Shown here: in pieces, positions 1 to 13,944 of the stretch | Position numbering within the stretch: position 1 is the first letter of the stretch | How the letters are laid out: the number at the start of each line of letters is the position of its first letter | Assembly: GCA_905178155.1 (NCBI GenBank) | Contig: CAJINV010000003.1 | Location: 1,359,557-1,423,556 of the forward strand | Source of the DNA: Amoebophrya sp. A120 | Taxonomy: Eukaryota > Protista > Dinoflagellata | DNA: 64,000 bases | Reading direction: 5' to 3' | Translations under genes and position numbers: made by a program | The notes under the pieces: generated by a model | Databases searched by the model: none | What the model was told of the DNA's origin: nothing | What the model saw: the letters and a program-made list of their open reading frames with translations, nothing else

Positions 1-239
1 GGCTGGCGAGTCTGGTGCGCGTTTTTGCATGTTGAGGTGCGAGCGGTGGATAGCCGGTGGGCTTGGTAGCCGCTCGGGCCGATGTAGCGCTAGCAAATTC
101 TGGTATACTATCCCTCCGCGACGATGGCTGGCGAGTCTGGTGCGCGTTTTTGCATGCTGAGGTGCGAGCGGTGGATAGCCGGTGGGCTTGATAGCCGCTC
201 GGGCCGATGTAGCGCTAGAAAATTCTTGTATATCAACCC
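1..239. repeat. Tandem repeat, 125-bp unit, ~1.9 copies (probably continues left of the window)
   Basis: ggctggcgagtctggtgcgcgtttttgcatg...gtagcgctag starts at 1 and again at 126 with only a few substitutions. Confidence 0.9.
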
Positions 240-2623
240 TTTGGTGTTGTACGTATATCATGGGGCCTGTAGTTGGTAGCAACGAAACCGGAAGTAAAAC
301 GAAAATCCCCGAGGGGCCCAGAGCCTGGACGAACCAAGCCGGATGCGGTCAGGGTTTCCTGCACGTCCCACCGATGCAGCCCAGAGGAAGGTCATGTCAT
401 CTTTTTCTTTTCTTGGTGCGAGTAGAAAATGTGTTTTCTCAGTTCCGCTACAATATACGGCCCCAGATTGCTTCGCATGATACTTATCAACATCGATTTC
501 CATGTTGTCATAATCCTACTTCAACCAGGTCAACATCTGGATGGTGACGCGCCGGCGGACGGGCAAGACGCTGGGCTGGTGCCAGACGGAAGTGGTTTTC
601 CTGCCTGCCACGTCAGGTTCTGTATTTTGTTTGTGGTCCTCGAAGTGTTGCTGCATGTTCGTGTTTCTACTAAGTTGATCCTGGAAAAGAACTGACCCTT
701 CGTTCACAAGTGGCTCGTTTTTGTGTCAGTTTCCAAGTTGAAAAATAACCAGGTCGGGGGCTGCCGGAGTGCGGTCGCTGAAAAACGATGGGTTTCCGTG
801 CTCGGAGCTGCCGCAAGCGTGACAGGTGCTGTAATAATTATCCATTTCTAACAAGCAGGCTGGCCATGTGCATGTGTTTATCTACCATGAAGGCGTAGTT
901 ACAAAAGCAAAGTATTCTTCATGCAGAAAAAAGAAAAACATCATCACCCAGGACCGGCGCCAAAAAATCATCGACCGGATCTGGTTTAACTCAGGGGACC
1001 GACGACCCGGCTGGACACGCCCCGTGCGTCACTCTTCAAGGTCCTGTATTCTATTTTTTTTTGTTGAAGGGTGCAACTTTGTATTGCCTCTCTAGTGCTG
1101 TACTTGTTACATTAGCGATAAATAACGCCACCGCGGTGCCTACAGATGAAGTCAAAGTTTCTGCATACGCTATCGTCAACACCTATCAGGCACACGGGGA
1201 GGGCGGAAAACGCAACATTACCCAGTAAAGCGTGGAGCACGAGCAGGGGTTCGTGGAAATTCCCAGAAATCATGAACGTGGCCCAGGAACTCCTGCGGGT
1301 CTTCGTGCGTCGGCGCCCAGGTTGATAAATCTTCCTCTTGTAGTTCTCGGGCTTTCGTTCAGAGTGTCGATCGATGGCTCTGGTTTGTTACTCTACGTTT
1401 GATGCGCACTACACGTCTTTGATCTACAACTACGCAATCAGGAGCGACGCCAAGGTTGTCCGAGAGGGACGGGGCGGATGGGCGGACTTGTGTGCCGCGC
1501 CCGTGCAGCCTCTGCGTGGCCCAGGTCAGTATTGCGTTTTCGCTTCTTGTCCTGGTGATCTAAGCTTAGGGTGAATAGATTACGTTTTTTCGTTTCGCCA
1601 TGATTACTCATTAGAGCAGGATTAGCACGCACAATAAACTTAACAGCACCTCTGCCGCACGCAGTCCGACGGAGACCACTATGCGCAGGGAAGTTTTCAA
1701 GCAGGACGACATCCCCGTGGCCCAGGTTCTGTATTTTTGCTCATTGGACGACTAGATCTAGACCGTGTTTTTACAGTCATTCCCAGTCAAAACCGAGCAG
1801 CATATTTCAACCGACAATTCGCCAGGACCGCCATCAGCAGAGTCGAACCAGGGAGGGCAGGTGGCCCAGATACCCAGGTACTGAGATCAATTTTTACTGT
1901 CTTTGCCTAGCAAAAGCAATACTTCAGAAAACGAAAACGCGTATTAGCACTCCCTCTGTAGGTATCAAAAAACCTGTTTGTTTCCTACGCAAGTCAACAT
2001 GCGTCATGCACATGACGATTGTGAGGTCGGTCTCTGCATAAGCACACTTCGGTTAATGCGAAAGACGAACTTTGATCAAGTTTAGCAGAATAACGAGAGA
2101 GTGTAGCTACACGACTACCTGTTTTCCTTGCAAGTTTCTTGCAAGTTTCCTTTCGCATACACGCCATTACGCAGTCCATCGTTTTTCAACCATTGCTGAG
2201 AATGCAGTGCTTGTTACAGGACTTCGCTTTATTCCTACTTGCCTCCATGTCAATTCTCTTCCTCCTCACACGTCCGACATAGGCAACGAAGTTTACCTCG
2301 ATTACCCTATTCTCTTTGTGTAGTAGGTTCTTTCTGACTTCGGAAAGTCACGATTTCAAGCTTGTAGTGCACCTCTGTTCTACTTGAGTGTGACAGAAAG
2401 AAGAGACGAGAATGAGACAAGCAGGTGGGTGGTTGCGCGTTGCCTTGCCGCACTCTGCACCAACCACGAAATTCTCAGATTCATTTATACGCGCATTACT
2501 GTAATTATCAACACCAGGCCGCCACAAAATAGACGCGCGACCACCAGCAAGCGTAGGTCACCAGAAGGGAGTTCGCCACCCCCGCTGGCGTGTTTTGATA
2601 TACCAGAAAGAAAGTAAGATAAG

Positions 2624-5600
2624 ATGCCGGCGCCCGCCGGTGATGCGGCTACTGGAGGTGGACCATCTCCTGCATTTCCGGCACCAGGGGGCACAGGCAC
2701 TTCGAAGCCGACCGAAGTGTCCTGGTCCGTGGCGACTCGGTTGACTGTGATCACGGCCGCTATGTGCAGCAACGTTTTGCTGATGAACGTGACCCGGGGA
2801 GTGTTCACGGGGGACGACCACTTTCGGTATCCGCTTTTTGTCACCTGCATTCATTTTCTCACCTCGTGGTTCTGCGCCTGGCTGTTCCTCCGGATGCGTT
2901 GGCACATACCGAAGCAGCTCAAGCAGCTACGAGGCGGGGGTGCGTCCCGAGCAGGAGCTGCTGCTGGTTCTTCTGGCCTTGTCACAACGTCGCAGGCGGC
3001 CACGGTGCTAGGAGGAGCGACATGCACCACGGGAGGACCACGACCTACTGGAAGCGATGAGGGCAACATAAACGTTGCAGCGCCCAGCAGTGCATCGGAG
3101 CAGGTCTATCCAGCAGCAACAGCTGCGTTCTCGTCGGAAGACCCTGGCATACCGGATACGATGGACATTCTAGAGGAGGACGAGTCGCTTTTGAGCGACC
3201 TGAGTCGCACCGGCGGCTTCGGGAGTGGACTGGAGCTAGTTCACCTGGTTTCCGGGGGTGCTGGCAACAATAAACTTTCTGACCAAAGTGGACAACCGCA
3301 AGGCGAACTACAACTAACGCAGGAGTTCAACAATGCGAAGATTACGAATCCCGCGGCAGTGCAAGCGCCTGGTCCTAGTACGAGTGCTATCGGTTCCTTC
3401 TCCTGGACGTTCCTCCGACGCCAGAAGCGGGAGCGCACGATTCCCTTCGGGCTCACCCACCGGCAGCAGCTCCTCCTCATCGGCCCGCTGTCGTTCTGCG
3501 GTGCGGCCAGCATCGCGAGCAGTAATACGGCTTTGCTGTTCTTGTTTCCGCACGTGCACGAGCTGTTGCAGCAGTTGTGCCCGGTCTTCAACCTTTTGCT
3601 GCAGCGCACCAGCAAGAACTACCACGTTTTCGTCTACTTGGCCTTGGTTCCGATCATCATCGGCAGCATGCTGTGTGTGAAGGGAATCTCCCAGCAGTCG
3701 GACGAGGGCCTTGCCAGTGGGACGCAGCAGACCTCTGGTACCGCGGACCTCCACCTGCACCACCCAAACCGACCAGCCTCCTCGCCTGGCGGAGTCCTTG
3801 ATTTGTCAAAGGAGGCGGAGGAGGCCCATGCGGCCATGGACGTTGCGATGGCAGATGCCAGCGACGCATCCGGGGAGGACCTGTTTGTTGCGACGAAAAT
3901 GTTAGGCGCATCCGCACTTCTACCGCGCGGTAATGAAAGCACGCTCTGCTTTGCGGTCATGCGCACAATCGGGGAGGTTCCGCTGCTCGGGTCGTATTTC
4001 CTCGGAACTGGCACAGACTCATCTCAGGTGGCACGGACTTTCTGCTCGTCGGCCGACCAAGTGATGATTTTTGACACGACCCAGCTTAGGGACCTGCTAG
4101 GGTTTTTGCTTTCCGTCGACATGGTCGCCATGCTGCAGAAGACGGCGAGTTCTACTTGGCGAGTTTTTGCCGCAATGTCCTTCGAAGCGCGGTGCGGGGT
4201 TATCCTGAGTAAAAACGTACCCACACCAGAGTCAGGATGGGGATTTTGCAACACAAACCTAGGAGTTTTGTGAGTCACGCATGACAAGTTGCAGTCCGTA
4301 GTGTGGTGCAGGTTCGCAAGGCCAGCTGCGTCAGAAATCCATCTGCTCATCCTGTTCACAGCATCACAAATTCCAAAACACGATCAAAAATGGCTCTCAT
4401 GCGGATGCGCATTACAAGTCTTCCTGTCTTTGCAAATCTGCATTACAACTCTGGTGTGGGTACGTTTTTCCTCAGGATAGGGGTCGTCTTCTCCCTGCTC
4501 GCGTGCTTCTTCCGCGCGTTGAAGCTGGTGTATCAACTGTAAAAATGTCTGGGTCTGGAAGATTCTGACACTTGTCATGCACGTTTTGCATGAGCCATGA
4601 TGTCTGTGATGCGTACCCTAGCAATACAGATTTTCTGAGGGCTTCTTGATGCCTATTCCGCATGGCAAATGCCTTCTCAGCGTAGGAAAAATTGCTTTCC
4701 CGTTGGTACTCATGCAATACAGATTTTTTTGGAATCCAAATGCAGCATCACAAGTTGCATTCTTCCAGACCCCGACATTTTTACATTTGATATGGTGACG
4801 CAAGAAATGATACTGTGCGGCGAAGATGTAGGAGACACAGTAGAGCCTGCGATAGCGGCGCAGCAACTTGTACAACCTGTAGGTGGAACTAGCAGCACAA
4901 CAACCTCCACTGCACAGCCTCCGCCACACCCCGCTTCGCCGACGAAGAAGCAGTTGCAGTTGGCTACGAAGATTCACGCCCTCGACCCGCCGAAGAAAAC
5001 GTCCGTAGTGTCGAACTCTGTTGCGGTCGAGGGGACGGCCGGAACAATCATTACCGAAGGCAATAGCTCAAGTTCACCAAATTACAAACGTGGTACGGAA
5101 GTGGAGAACTACCAAAGTTCTGTCGTTTCCACCCGAGCAAGCGGACAGGGAGGTGCTACACTTACGCGCGCGACCACCACTTCTCCGATCGAGTCTCTGA
5201 CTCTGCCTTCAAAAGAAGCCGACCGGATTCGGCGGCGGCGCATGGCGCAGCTGATTGCCCACATCAAATCGTTGGACTCGATTTGCCTGCTGTACTACAG
5301 CAGCCCGGTGAACGCATTTCTGCTGGGGGCGCTGTCCCTTCTGTGGGAGGGCGTAACTCCATTCTGGCAATTCTGCACTTTTTCCTTGCACGTCCGCACC
5401 TACGCATTGATCCTGGTGTCCGGCGTGATAGCGGCGGCGTTCAACATCTTCTCCTACCTCCAAGTGCAGATGTTTGGCGCACTGACCAGTGCGCTAGTCG
5501 GGCAGGTGAAAGTGCCCTTTTCGCTCGGCATCTCCGTCCTGGTTTTTTCCCGACCCTGTTCCCCGTCGCAGGTAAGCGGGATTGCGCTTTCGGCCCTGGG

Positions 5601-5946
5601 CGGCATGCTTTACTTCGCTGCAAATCGCATGACCAAGAAGAAAACTACGGTATTAGCAGGCAGCCCGGGCGGGGACGAGAATGAGAAAGTAGATAGCACA
5701 ATGAATGGCAACACACTCGGAAAAAATAAGATGAAGCGCGTGCAGCTCCTCGACACAACAAATCCAAAGCAGATGAAGGCCGAGGGCGAGACCGGGGAGA
5801 TCAGCCGCCAAAGTAGCGCTTTTGTCGCGCCCGTCCGTACGTGGAGCAAGTACTTCGATCGCGACGGGTTTGTCGGCCAAGTTGTGGGTCAGCTGGAAGC
5901 GCAGTGCGTACGAGATTCGCAGTTTGACCCTTCGAAGCATGACTGA
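2624..5946 (+). CDS. Triose-phosphate/nucleotide-sugar transporter family (TPT/SLC35, DMT superfamily), ~923 aa with long low-complexity loops
   Basis: Exons ~2624-4199, 4484-4529, 4797-5946 after removing two TIR introns. Motifs FRYPLFVTCIHF, SIASSNTAL, the rebuilt CGVVFSLLACFFRALKLVTQE, LLYYSSP and ALTSALVGQVK are typical of TPT-family helices. Confidence 0.8.
4201..4479. mobile_element. Introner element, family A
   Basis: ~32-bp TIR tatcctgagtaaaaacgtacccacaccagagt / actctggtgtgggtacgtttttcctcaggata; TSD ggggt at 4196-4200 and 4480-4484; removal restores frame. Confidence 0.95.
4531..4792. mobile_element. Introner element, family B
   Basis: TIR tatcaactgtaaaaatgtctgggtctggaag / cttccagaccccgacatttttacatttgata; TSD tggtg; removal gives KLV|TQEMILC. 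Confidence 0.95.
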
Positions 5947-7685
5947 GGGTTGATGCATGACAGATGCGTAGCAAGCTCAATGCCCAGACATTTTTTCCCT
6001 ATCGAGTTCTCTGTTGTACAAAAATTTCGTCTTGAAAAAAAGCACTGCATCCTAGAAATTGATTCGGTTTTGACCTTTTGGTCCTGTACAATGGGTTGTT
6101 GAAACTACACATAGATTGTGGACAAGTACTAACGCAAAAACGCAATATCTTTCTGTAAAATAAACGTTTGTAGTACTGCGCATGTTTCTACTACTTCCAC
6201 ACTTGCCGGCGATAGATTCACTACACAGGATTCAACTTTTTCCAAAGACAAAGAAACGACATGACGGCGTATATTGCCGTGCACGTGCGGCTCAGCAGCT
6301 CTAGTTGCTCCTAAAAGGGTGAGTTCTACCAGCACAGCTTGAGGGTTTTGTGTCCTGCCGCGCTGCTGTATCCTCGAGAACCTGACTGTGCTCATTTTTG
6401 CTTCAGAAGTGCAAGTGCACCCCTCGTTTAGAAAAAAAAATGCTTTCTGAGTCGTTGCGCAAAACGTGAGTCGTGTCAGTTTCACAACGCTGAGTCGGAT
6501 TTAGAGAAATGATTTCGTGCGAGCGTGTCAAACCGTCGGACGAGACTTTCCCAAGGAAGTAACTAGGCGCTAGCGCTCAGAGAGTAGCGAAAAGAATTTT
6601 TTATCGAGATATCCCCCTTCCTTCGCACAAATCAGGTAGGAAAATAGTGTTTTTTGAAGCAAGTAGAAGCTCGTTGATTTTTTTTACACATCATGCGGAA
6701 TTTGAACCTTTTGGCTGGCGGAGGGCTTTGGCCCTGCAATCGGCAGTTATAGAGCGAACTCTTTTTCTTGGTTGGAAACGAGGACGGTCCTCGTAAAGTG
6801 CTTCGTATGTACCACAGCTGTTCGTTGGCTCCCGCGTTTGATGCCAAGCGCAAAGCGCTAACGTCGCGGCGGTAGTTCAATTTTCTGCTGTTGGGCGGGC
6901 ATAAACACGTCAGCGCGCCCTTGCAGGAACCGTCAACCTGTCCTGCTTGTTTAACGTCGACTGGCAGCGCCAGTACACCGGCATCACGGACCCGAGAGAG
7001 TCCGTCGGTTCAGCAGCTGCGGTCAGCGAAGATCGAAGAAGCAAAGTAAGATCAACTATACAGAGCAAAGGCCTGTTGTAGCGGAGAAGTTTATAGCGCC
7101 GGCGCCGACAGAACTGTTTTTATTCCGGTTCCTCGCAAAAGCACAACGAGTACCGGTACCGCGTCGAAGAACGATCACAGGCCGCGAAGAAGGAGATAAC
7201 TCCTTTCCCAGTTGAAACAATGATGTCATCACCGAAGTACAGATACTAAGCCACGAAAGTAAGCAGTTCCTTGAACTGTGATCGCATCGCAGGTGCTGCA
7301 CATACGTAAAGTTTTGTGGGCAGCAGAGCTGCTTTTGGGCGGCAACAGGACCAACAAGCCATCAAGCGACCACGGGACGGCGTGTGAGTGGAAAGCAGTG
7401 GCAGCGAGGTGTGCTGTCATCGCGAGACTCGAGCCCGTCCGGCCTGCAAAGCAGCACTGCACACCTTACTTCTACCGAGGTACCTATCTGCAGAAGCAGC
7501 AAGACAAAGCGCTTTGATCCTTCCCCCGTCCCGTTGAGAGCTTTGCAGGGGCACAGCGGAGACAGCGGACCAGGTGGTTCTAATTTTCAGTGAAGGAAGA
7601 TAAAAACGCGGCCGCTGATTTCCCGTGGTCGTAGCCGGTCTCCTCTGCATCAGTAAAAATTGACCGGCTCTTTCTGCCCAAAAAG

Positions 7686-10600
7686 ATGCCGGACCACTAT
7701 GAGAAGCTGCTCCAGCGCGTTGGGGAGCTGGAGATGGATCTGGGCCAGACGGTGGCCGCCAACACGCGTCTCGCGTCCGACGTGCAGAGCCTGCGAAAAG
7801 TGCACCAGGAACTCGTCGACGCCTACGATCGCATGAAGACGCAGCACGTAGCCGCGAAGCAGGCCCTGTCGGACGAGAGGCAGCGCTACAACAAGCTCGA
7901 GCACGAATTTTCCGCACAACTGAACGAATGGCACGACAAAATGCTGCACAAGGCCAAGGAGCTCGAAGAATTGCAGCAGATGCCCGACCCAGCAAGGGAG
8001 ATAGAAATGATCAGGTAAAACTGGAATTTTCATTACGCTAAGTTGCTTTCGTTGTCCTCGAAATAGCGGCTTTGGAAGCACCTACTTCTTGATGGGATCA
8101 TCCAAGACGTTTTCGTCCAATTTTCGTGTCAAAAAATTTGAGCTCGGTGGTTAATGGTGATGCATCGTTGATGCGAAAAGGAAAACTCACCTCAGGTTAA
8201 AGGTGTCAGAAGAGCTTGAAGGGCCGTACCTCGAGAAGCTGGAGCAAGCAGAAAAGCGTGCGGAGCTAGAGCAGCGGAAGTTCAACGATGCAAAACGGCA
8301 GATCGAGGTGTTGAAGCTGGAGCTGAATCAGAAGAACAAGGAACTCCTGTCTTTTGAGGAGGACACAAAAGCCCGGCTGGACGCGCAGCGCCAGCTCTAC
8401 CAGGGCAAGATCGATTCCCTGCAAAGTGACTTGGACAAAAACACACAACTGGCCGGGACCACGACCAGCCTGCGACAGCAGGTGTATGAAAGGTAGCTGA
8501 AAGTACTTAGATGATCATGATGTCGACATTGTTTTTTTGGATCAATTCGTGCTCGTCAGGATAAGGGTCGCAGTGGATGTGGTATCAAAGTCGTGCCAGT
8601 CAGGATTATCTTTCTATGCAGGATGCGATAGGAGATGTTTTGGTTTACATAAGTGCAATCACACTCATCTGCAGGGCCGCGAAGAACAAAGCGCTGCTAG
8701 AGGAACTCGAAACCGCGGAGGTTCGGCATAAAGAAGAAGTCGAGGATTTGAGAAAAACGGTGGCCAGTGCGCAGGCCAAGACGCGGGAGATGGAGAGCAG
8801 CACGCGCGAGCTGGAGGCAGCACTGCAACAGCAGAAGCGCGAGAAAGAGGACCTCAGCACGAAGCAGTTGCGTTACATAGCAGAAGTGGACCAGTCTCGC
8901 GAATCTCTTCTGCGACTCAGGCATCTCCAAGACACGGAGGCCGAGCGGGAGCGCGCACAGACCGAGTTTGCGGGCCGGCTCAAGCGAGCAGAAACCGACG
9001 CGGAGCTACGCAGCAAAGAAATTGAGGTACTAGGGTTCGGAATGTTGTGCCTGGGCGAGGCACAGCATGAGCACGCTCCGATGTACTCACAGCACTGTTG
9101 CAAACTGCTTTTTAGTAGTCATCTCTCTTTCTCACAGGTAAAAGACGAGGAGATAAAACGTCTCAAGGCGCGAAGCGAACAGTTTCAGAAAGAAAGCGCG
9201 GCAGCCATAACAGAAGCTGATCAACGTATCGCCGCTCTTCCTTTTCGTTTTTTTCAGTTGCTGCTTTTGGGTTGCAAAGATTTGATGTTCACCTAAAGAA
9301 ATAAAAATCAATCTTACGTGCACGTGGCGACACGCAACATGCATTCATTCTTCATCACAGGCATTGCGGATGCAGAATTGCAAGTCACAGCGGAAAAAGA
9401 CGCAACTACGCACGCCCTGGCCTCATTGAAGAGCGAAGTAGAGCACCTGCGCACCCAACTCCGCGATAAGGAAAGCACCTACACCAAGGACCTATCCGAG
9501 TATGAAAACAAGCTGGAGGCCCTGACACGCGAAAGCCATCAGCTAAAGCTCACTTGCGAAACCGAAGAGAAGGTACTGGTTTTGGACGATTTTGTAGTTT
9601 CATCCGGTCGATGAACAGAAAATTTTCGGACTACAGGCGAGTATAATTTACGAAAACCTCCACTTGCATCATCGACATTTGCGGTCGTGTTTCCTTTTGG
9701 TGATAAAAACCAAAAATTCATGTAACTTCTCCAGCGCGCTCGCGATAATGACCGGAAAGCGCGCGAGTACGACAGTTTGGAACGGCAGCACTACGACCTC
9801 GAGCGGCAGCACCGGGAAGTCAGCAGTGCGCACGCGACGCTGAAATCTACCAACGATGCCGCGGTGAACGAGAATCGGAAGTTGGTAGAAAAGCTGGAGG
9901 AAGTAAACCGTCTGCACGCAGAGAACCGAAGACGAACAGAAACAGACAGCGAAAAGCAGGTGAGACAAGTGGTTTTTGCTTTACTTGTTGTTATGTCAAC
10001 CTTATTTGATGTGTTCAACAACATTCATTGAAGAAGCCAGCGGCAATATGGTGGCAGTACGTATCTATGTATCTGTGAGTTCGTTGTACAGTTTGCCCAT
10101 ATCCTTTATTTGCAGAAGTCACTCCAATTTTGTTTCTCCAAAATGAACCCCGCAGATGGAGACTATCAAGGCCACGCTCCAGCGAGCGGAGAAGCAAATA
10201 GATGAAAAGGAGAAAGCCCTCCATCGCGTCAAGGACGAAACAAAGCAGCTTGCTACCTCGAGTATACTGTTCACTTCTGTTTACTCCGTGTTTGTCCTAT
10301 TTTGTATCTATGTATGTTGTTGTCGAAGTTCGCCTTTGGGAATACTATGCTACGGTCGTGCCTCCTGCCCGCGAAGAACGCACCTCGCCCGCGGTGCAGC
10401 TCACCCGTGGAGCCTCACATGCTATATCCTCCCCGACGACCACAACTGCAGGTAAAAAGAAGATCGAGGGGCAAAAGCAGAAGACGAAGCAGCTGCTGGA
10501 CCGGTATACGAGTATGGTCACCGAGAAGGAGCAGGCTATCCGCATCGCGGAAACGAACAAGAAAAAATACGAGCTGCAGATGCTTCAGGTCCACAAACTC

Positions 10601-10786
10601 CTGAACGATCCCATACTAAAGGAGCACTTGCAGCCGAGCTTCGACCAAAATCTGGGCGTCTTCAAGGAGTTGCAGAACCTCCGCGACTGCCTGAACGACG
10701 CAATTTACAATCCCTCCGCAACAGTTTCGCCCACGACCGGGGTAAAGGAGCCGCCCGGGGCGCACAACGCCGGCGCCATGTCGTGA
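7686..10786 (+). CDS. Long coiled-coil protein, CEP83/CCDC41-like (centriole/basal body), canonical GT-AG introns
   Basis: ORF pieces at 7686, 8203, 8577, 9318, 9777, 10156 and 10202 join through GT-AG introns (e.g. 8015-8195, 10262-10451). Heptad-rich; IEMIRLKVSEELEGPYLEKL resembles the CEP83 N-terminal region from memory. Confidence 0.55.
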
Positions 10787-11585
10787 AAGTACCTCGTCCT
10801 ACTTTCTCCGCAGGCCGAGGAGCTTGACTCCAGAGAACTTTTTTCTCTCGACGCCCTAGCTGGTAGTTTAGAGAGTCACTTATACCTAATATACGCAGAA
10901 AGCAGTTTGAAAACAGGCAAAGTTGAAACAGAACAGAACCTTTGCAGCTTCGCAACGCAAGCCGCGCCACCGCTTGCTAGAAGTGCTTGAGAACTTATTT
11001 GATTTTTCGCAACTTGATGAGAACTTCGTCAGGATGAAATCGATTTTGATTTCGCAATTGATTGTTTTTGAACTTTACGCAATGGAGCCGCGAGCTCAGG
11101 ACTTGAACAAGTCCCCAGACCAAAAAAGAATGACCAAAACGAACAGCACGGCAGCGCCAACTTAAAGGTGGTATAGCGATGCAGTCACTTTTGCTACAGC
11201 GGAGTTTGCTCTCATTGTGGTCGGCGATATGTCGCTCGCTCGATCCGTCGACGTGATTTTTTTTCGCTGTCGTGTCGATCCAAACAGCGGGCTACGCGAC
11301 AAGATCTTCACAATGGACTTCATGGAAGAGATAAAGATCATGCGGCTTGTGCGAAAACAGAGCCTAGCGTAGCTTTGTAATTTTCTTTTGCAAAATAGTG
11401 CTTTTTTTCGAATCTGCAGGTCGTGCTCTTGAAACGTCGCACTTCCTCCCATTTTACTTTATGGCTATATCTTTTTATTAACTTTTTACACATATTACAT
11501 TGTACGAACAACACATACGTTCGGAAGTAGTTGGCCAGCATACGTAGCAAAAATAGACGGAAAATATTGAAACCCCCCAACCAGC

Positions 11586-13002
11586 ATGGAGGCCTCTGCG
11601 CAACCATCGTCCTCGGCAGGGGTACGTGGAACAGACACTGGATTTCCGAATGTGGATGACATATCCTGAGTAAAAACGTCCCCACACCAGAGTTGTCATG
11701 CAGATTTGCAATGACAGGAACATTTGTAATGCGCATCGCCAGGAGAGGCATTTTTGCTTTTAGTCGTGTTTTGGAATTTGTAATGCTGTAAACAGGATAA
11801 GCAGATGGATTTTGATGATGCTGGCCTTGCGAACCTGCACTACACTACGGACTGCAACTTGTGATGCGTGACCCCCAAAGGTTCTAGGTTTGTGTTGCAA
11901 AGTCCCCATCTTGACTCTGGTGTGCGGATGTTTTTACTCAGGATATGACACTTTTTTTATCCATGCGCAGCGGAGTGGTCTATTGTCGACGGCGGAATTA
12001 TTATCCACGGGGAGCTCCTCCGCGTCCTCGTCATCTTCGACTACTAGAGCCCGTGATCCGGCAATCTTTTCCGCCGAACCTCTACTACTCGCAGCCTATC
12101 TCAGATCGCGGGGATTTTCGGTGCAAGTGGTCCAGCACGACTTTGCCTACCTCCAGTCTTTCGGTCGCCTCCCCTGCGCGGTTTTTGGATGGCAGGTTCT
12201 CGATCTCGCGGAAATATGGACTCGGTGCATTCTTCACGACCCGTCCATAGCGGACACGGAAGAAGGTGCGGAGGATCGTGCGCTGGCGCTTCGGCTGCTG
12301 CCCGCGTTGGAGAGCTGTCTATTCCGCCACTTTCATCTAGACGGTTACACTGATGCAGTAGAGGGTGAACAACAAACACCAGAGGGCTTCCTGCGAACCG
12401 CGAAATTGCAATGCTACCGCTTCAATCTGCTGGACCCGGGGCGGGGATACCTCAGCTGCTCGCTGCGATCCCGGGCGCGCGAAATCGGAGACGAAGAGGC
12501 AGCTAAAGTGCTGATTCCTCAGAGCGACATTGCGCAGCTGTTGCGCCACGCGGCGGGAGTTTTGAGCCCGACGAAACAACCAGAAGGACGTGAGAGCCAG
12601 CGGTACAACTACCCTCTGGTCCACTTGGTCTTTTCTGTATATTTTGGGCTCAACGAGTTTCTTCGCCAAGCTCTCTCTCCAACTTTGCGCGCTGCCAACA
12701 TGATGCAGTCTGTATTTGATCTAGCCGACCAGCAGCGAACAAGTGTTGAGTTGCCGCCGAAGGAGAAGTCGAATGCTAAGAAGGCGCTGCTGAAATTGTT
12801 GCGACCAGCAATGCTGCTAGACACGAGTGCCGAGGAAGCCGCGAGTACAGAGGACACAGATAATGGGGCGGCTGCAAATCCGTCAGCTAGAAATAAGACT
12901 GTCGCTTTGACACCCGAGGAAAGAAAAAAGCAACAGTGGAATCTGTTGTTTATAGCTGCTGCTACTGCGATGGTTGTCACAATAGGCATGCAGCGTCGAT
13001 GA
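11586..13002 (+). CDS. Metaxin/Sam37-like mitochondrial outer-membrane protein (GST-N-like fold, C-terminal anchor), ~375 aa
   Basis: ATG 11586 (MEASAQ...NVDD) joins TFFIHAQ after removal of 11662-11945. LLAAYLRSRGFSVQV...SFGRLPC resembles the metaxin N-domain; C-terminal hydrophobic WNLLFIAAATAMVVTIG followed by RR. Confidence 0.5.
11662..11945. mobile_element. Introner element, family A (interior inverted relative to 4201-4479)
   Basis: TIR tatcctgagtaaaaacgtccccacaccagagt / actctggtgtgcggatgtttttactcaggata; TSD tgaca; interior matches the reverse complement of the 4201 copy. Confidence 0.95.
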
Positions 13003-13514
13003 GATGAGATTCTGAGGAAGATTCGGCTCAGTACCTCCATCTATATTGATTTTATTTCTGTACAAGCTCAAGCAAGCGCTCTTCGGAGATGGGTAGCATC
13101 ACCATCCCGCGTCCTGTCAAAAAACGCAAGCATAATGCGAGGGCTATGGTAAGTCGCTATGTTCCATCTTTGGTCGCCTTCGTCAGGCAGCAGCCAGGAA
13201 GTGATTTTCATGTATCGCACGACGATCGTACAAGTCGTGTGGTGCCGCACCGATACAAAACGAAGCATCGTCCAATCTTCGCCAACAACACGGAAAAACT
13301 CGGCGTTTTTGATGCATGTCGTGTAGTTGAGCTACTCGTTGTTTTCGCGTCCTCTGTTGTTGAAGGAAATTCATTTGAATCGCAAGTGGTAGCGCAGCAG
13401 CGTTGTAGTATGACTTTGTCATAATTATTCAAGAAGAAGAACAGTTACTTAATTTTTGATGACGGCATCAAGGACGTGATCAACAAAACCAGTAGAAAGC
13501 GAAAATAAATCATC

Positions 13515-13910
13515 ATGGGCAATTCCGTTCTTAAGTGTGACCAGGCGAACGCGCACGCCACCTTTGTTGCGACCTTGGATCGGCTCTCGGACCCCACGGT
13601 GTGTATGGTGAGGATGCTGAAGCGGCTCCAAAGCGACGCGGAGGGGCTGGACCGGCTGCGCGCCGGGGCGAGATCATCGAGCGCCTCTTCCATCTACGAA
13701 ACGCACCCAGAAGCTGTGGACCTGCTGAATGATGCTTTGCGGGCAGTACTTGAAAGTGAGGATGAAAATGATGTGGCAGGGGCGTCGTCCTCAGGCCCGG
13801 AAGGCCGCGATGGTGAACCGCGGACGATGAAACTAGCGGCGCTGTCCGCATTCGCAGCCCGGCCGGCGCAAGAGCGGTACGATGCTTCGTCCAGAAGAGC
13901 TTTAATCTAA
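13515..13910 (+). CDS. Hypothetical protein, 131 aa
   Basis: ATG start after an A-rich leader, GC-rich coding-like composition, MGNS N-terminus (possible myristoylation); no recognisable family. Confidence 0.45.
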   Translation: MGNSVLKCDQANAHATFVATLDRLSDPTVCMVRMLKRLQSDAEGLDRLRAGARSSSASSIYETHPEAVDLLNDALRAVLESEDENDVAGASSSGPEGRDGEPRTMKLAALSAFAARPAQERYDASSRRALI

Positions 13911-13944
13911 TAACTATAAGGGGAAGGCTTGGCAAAATTGCTGC

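Noticed and set aside
4199-4480. Canonical GT-AG splice for the first family A element
   Set aside because: A 282-nt removal shifts the frame; only 284 nt (element + TSD) restores the transporter helix.
4472-4717. Recurring peptides in the ORF track (LPDPDIFT, KNVPTPES, QTQTFLHL, MHEYQRES/MHEQPRES) suggesting a protein family
   Set aside because: They are translations of TIRs and element interiors, occurring in several frames and strands; non-coding.
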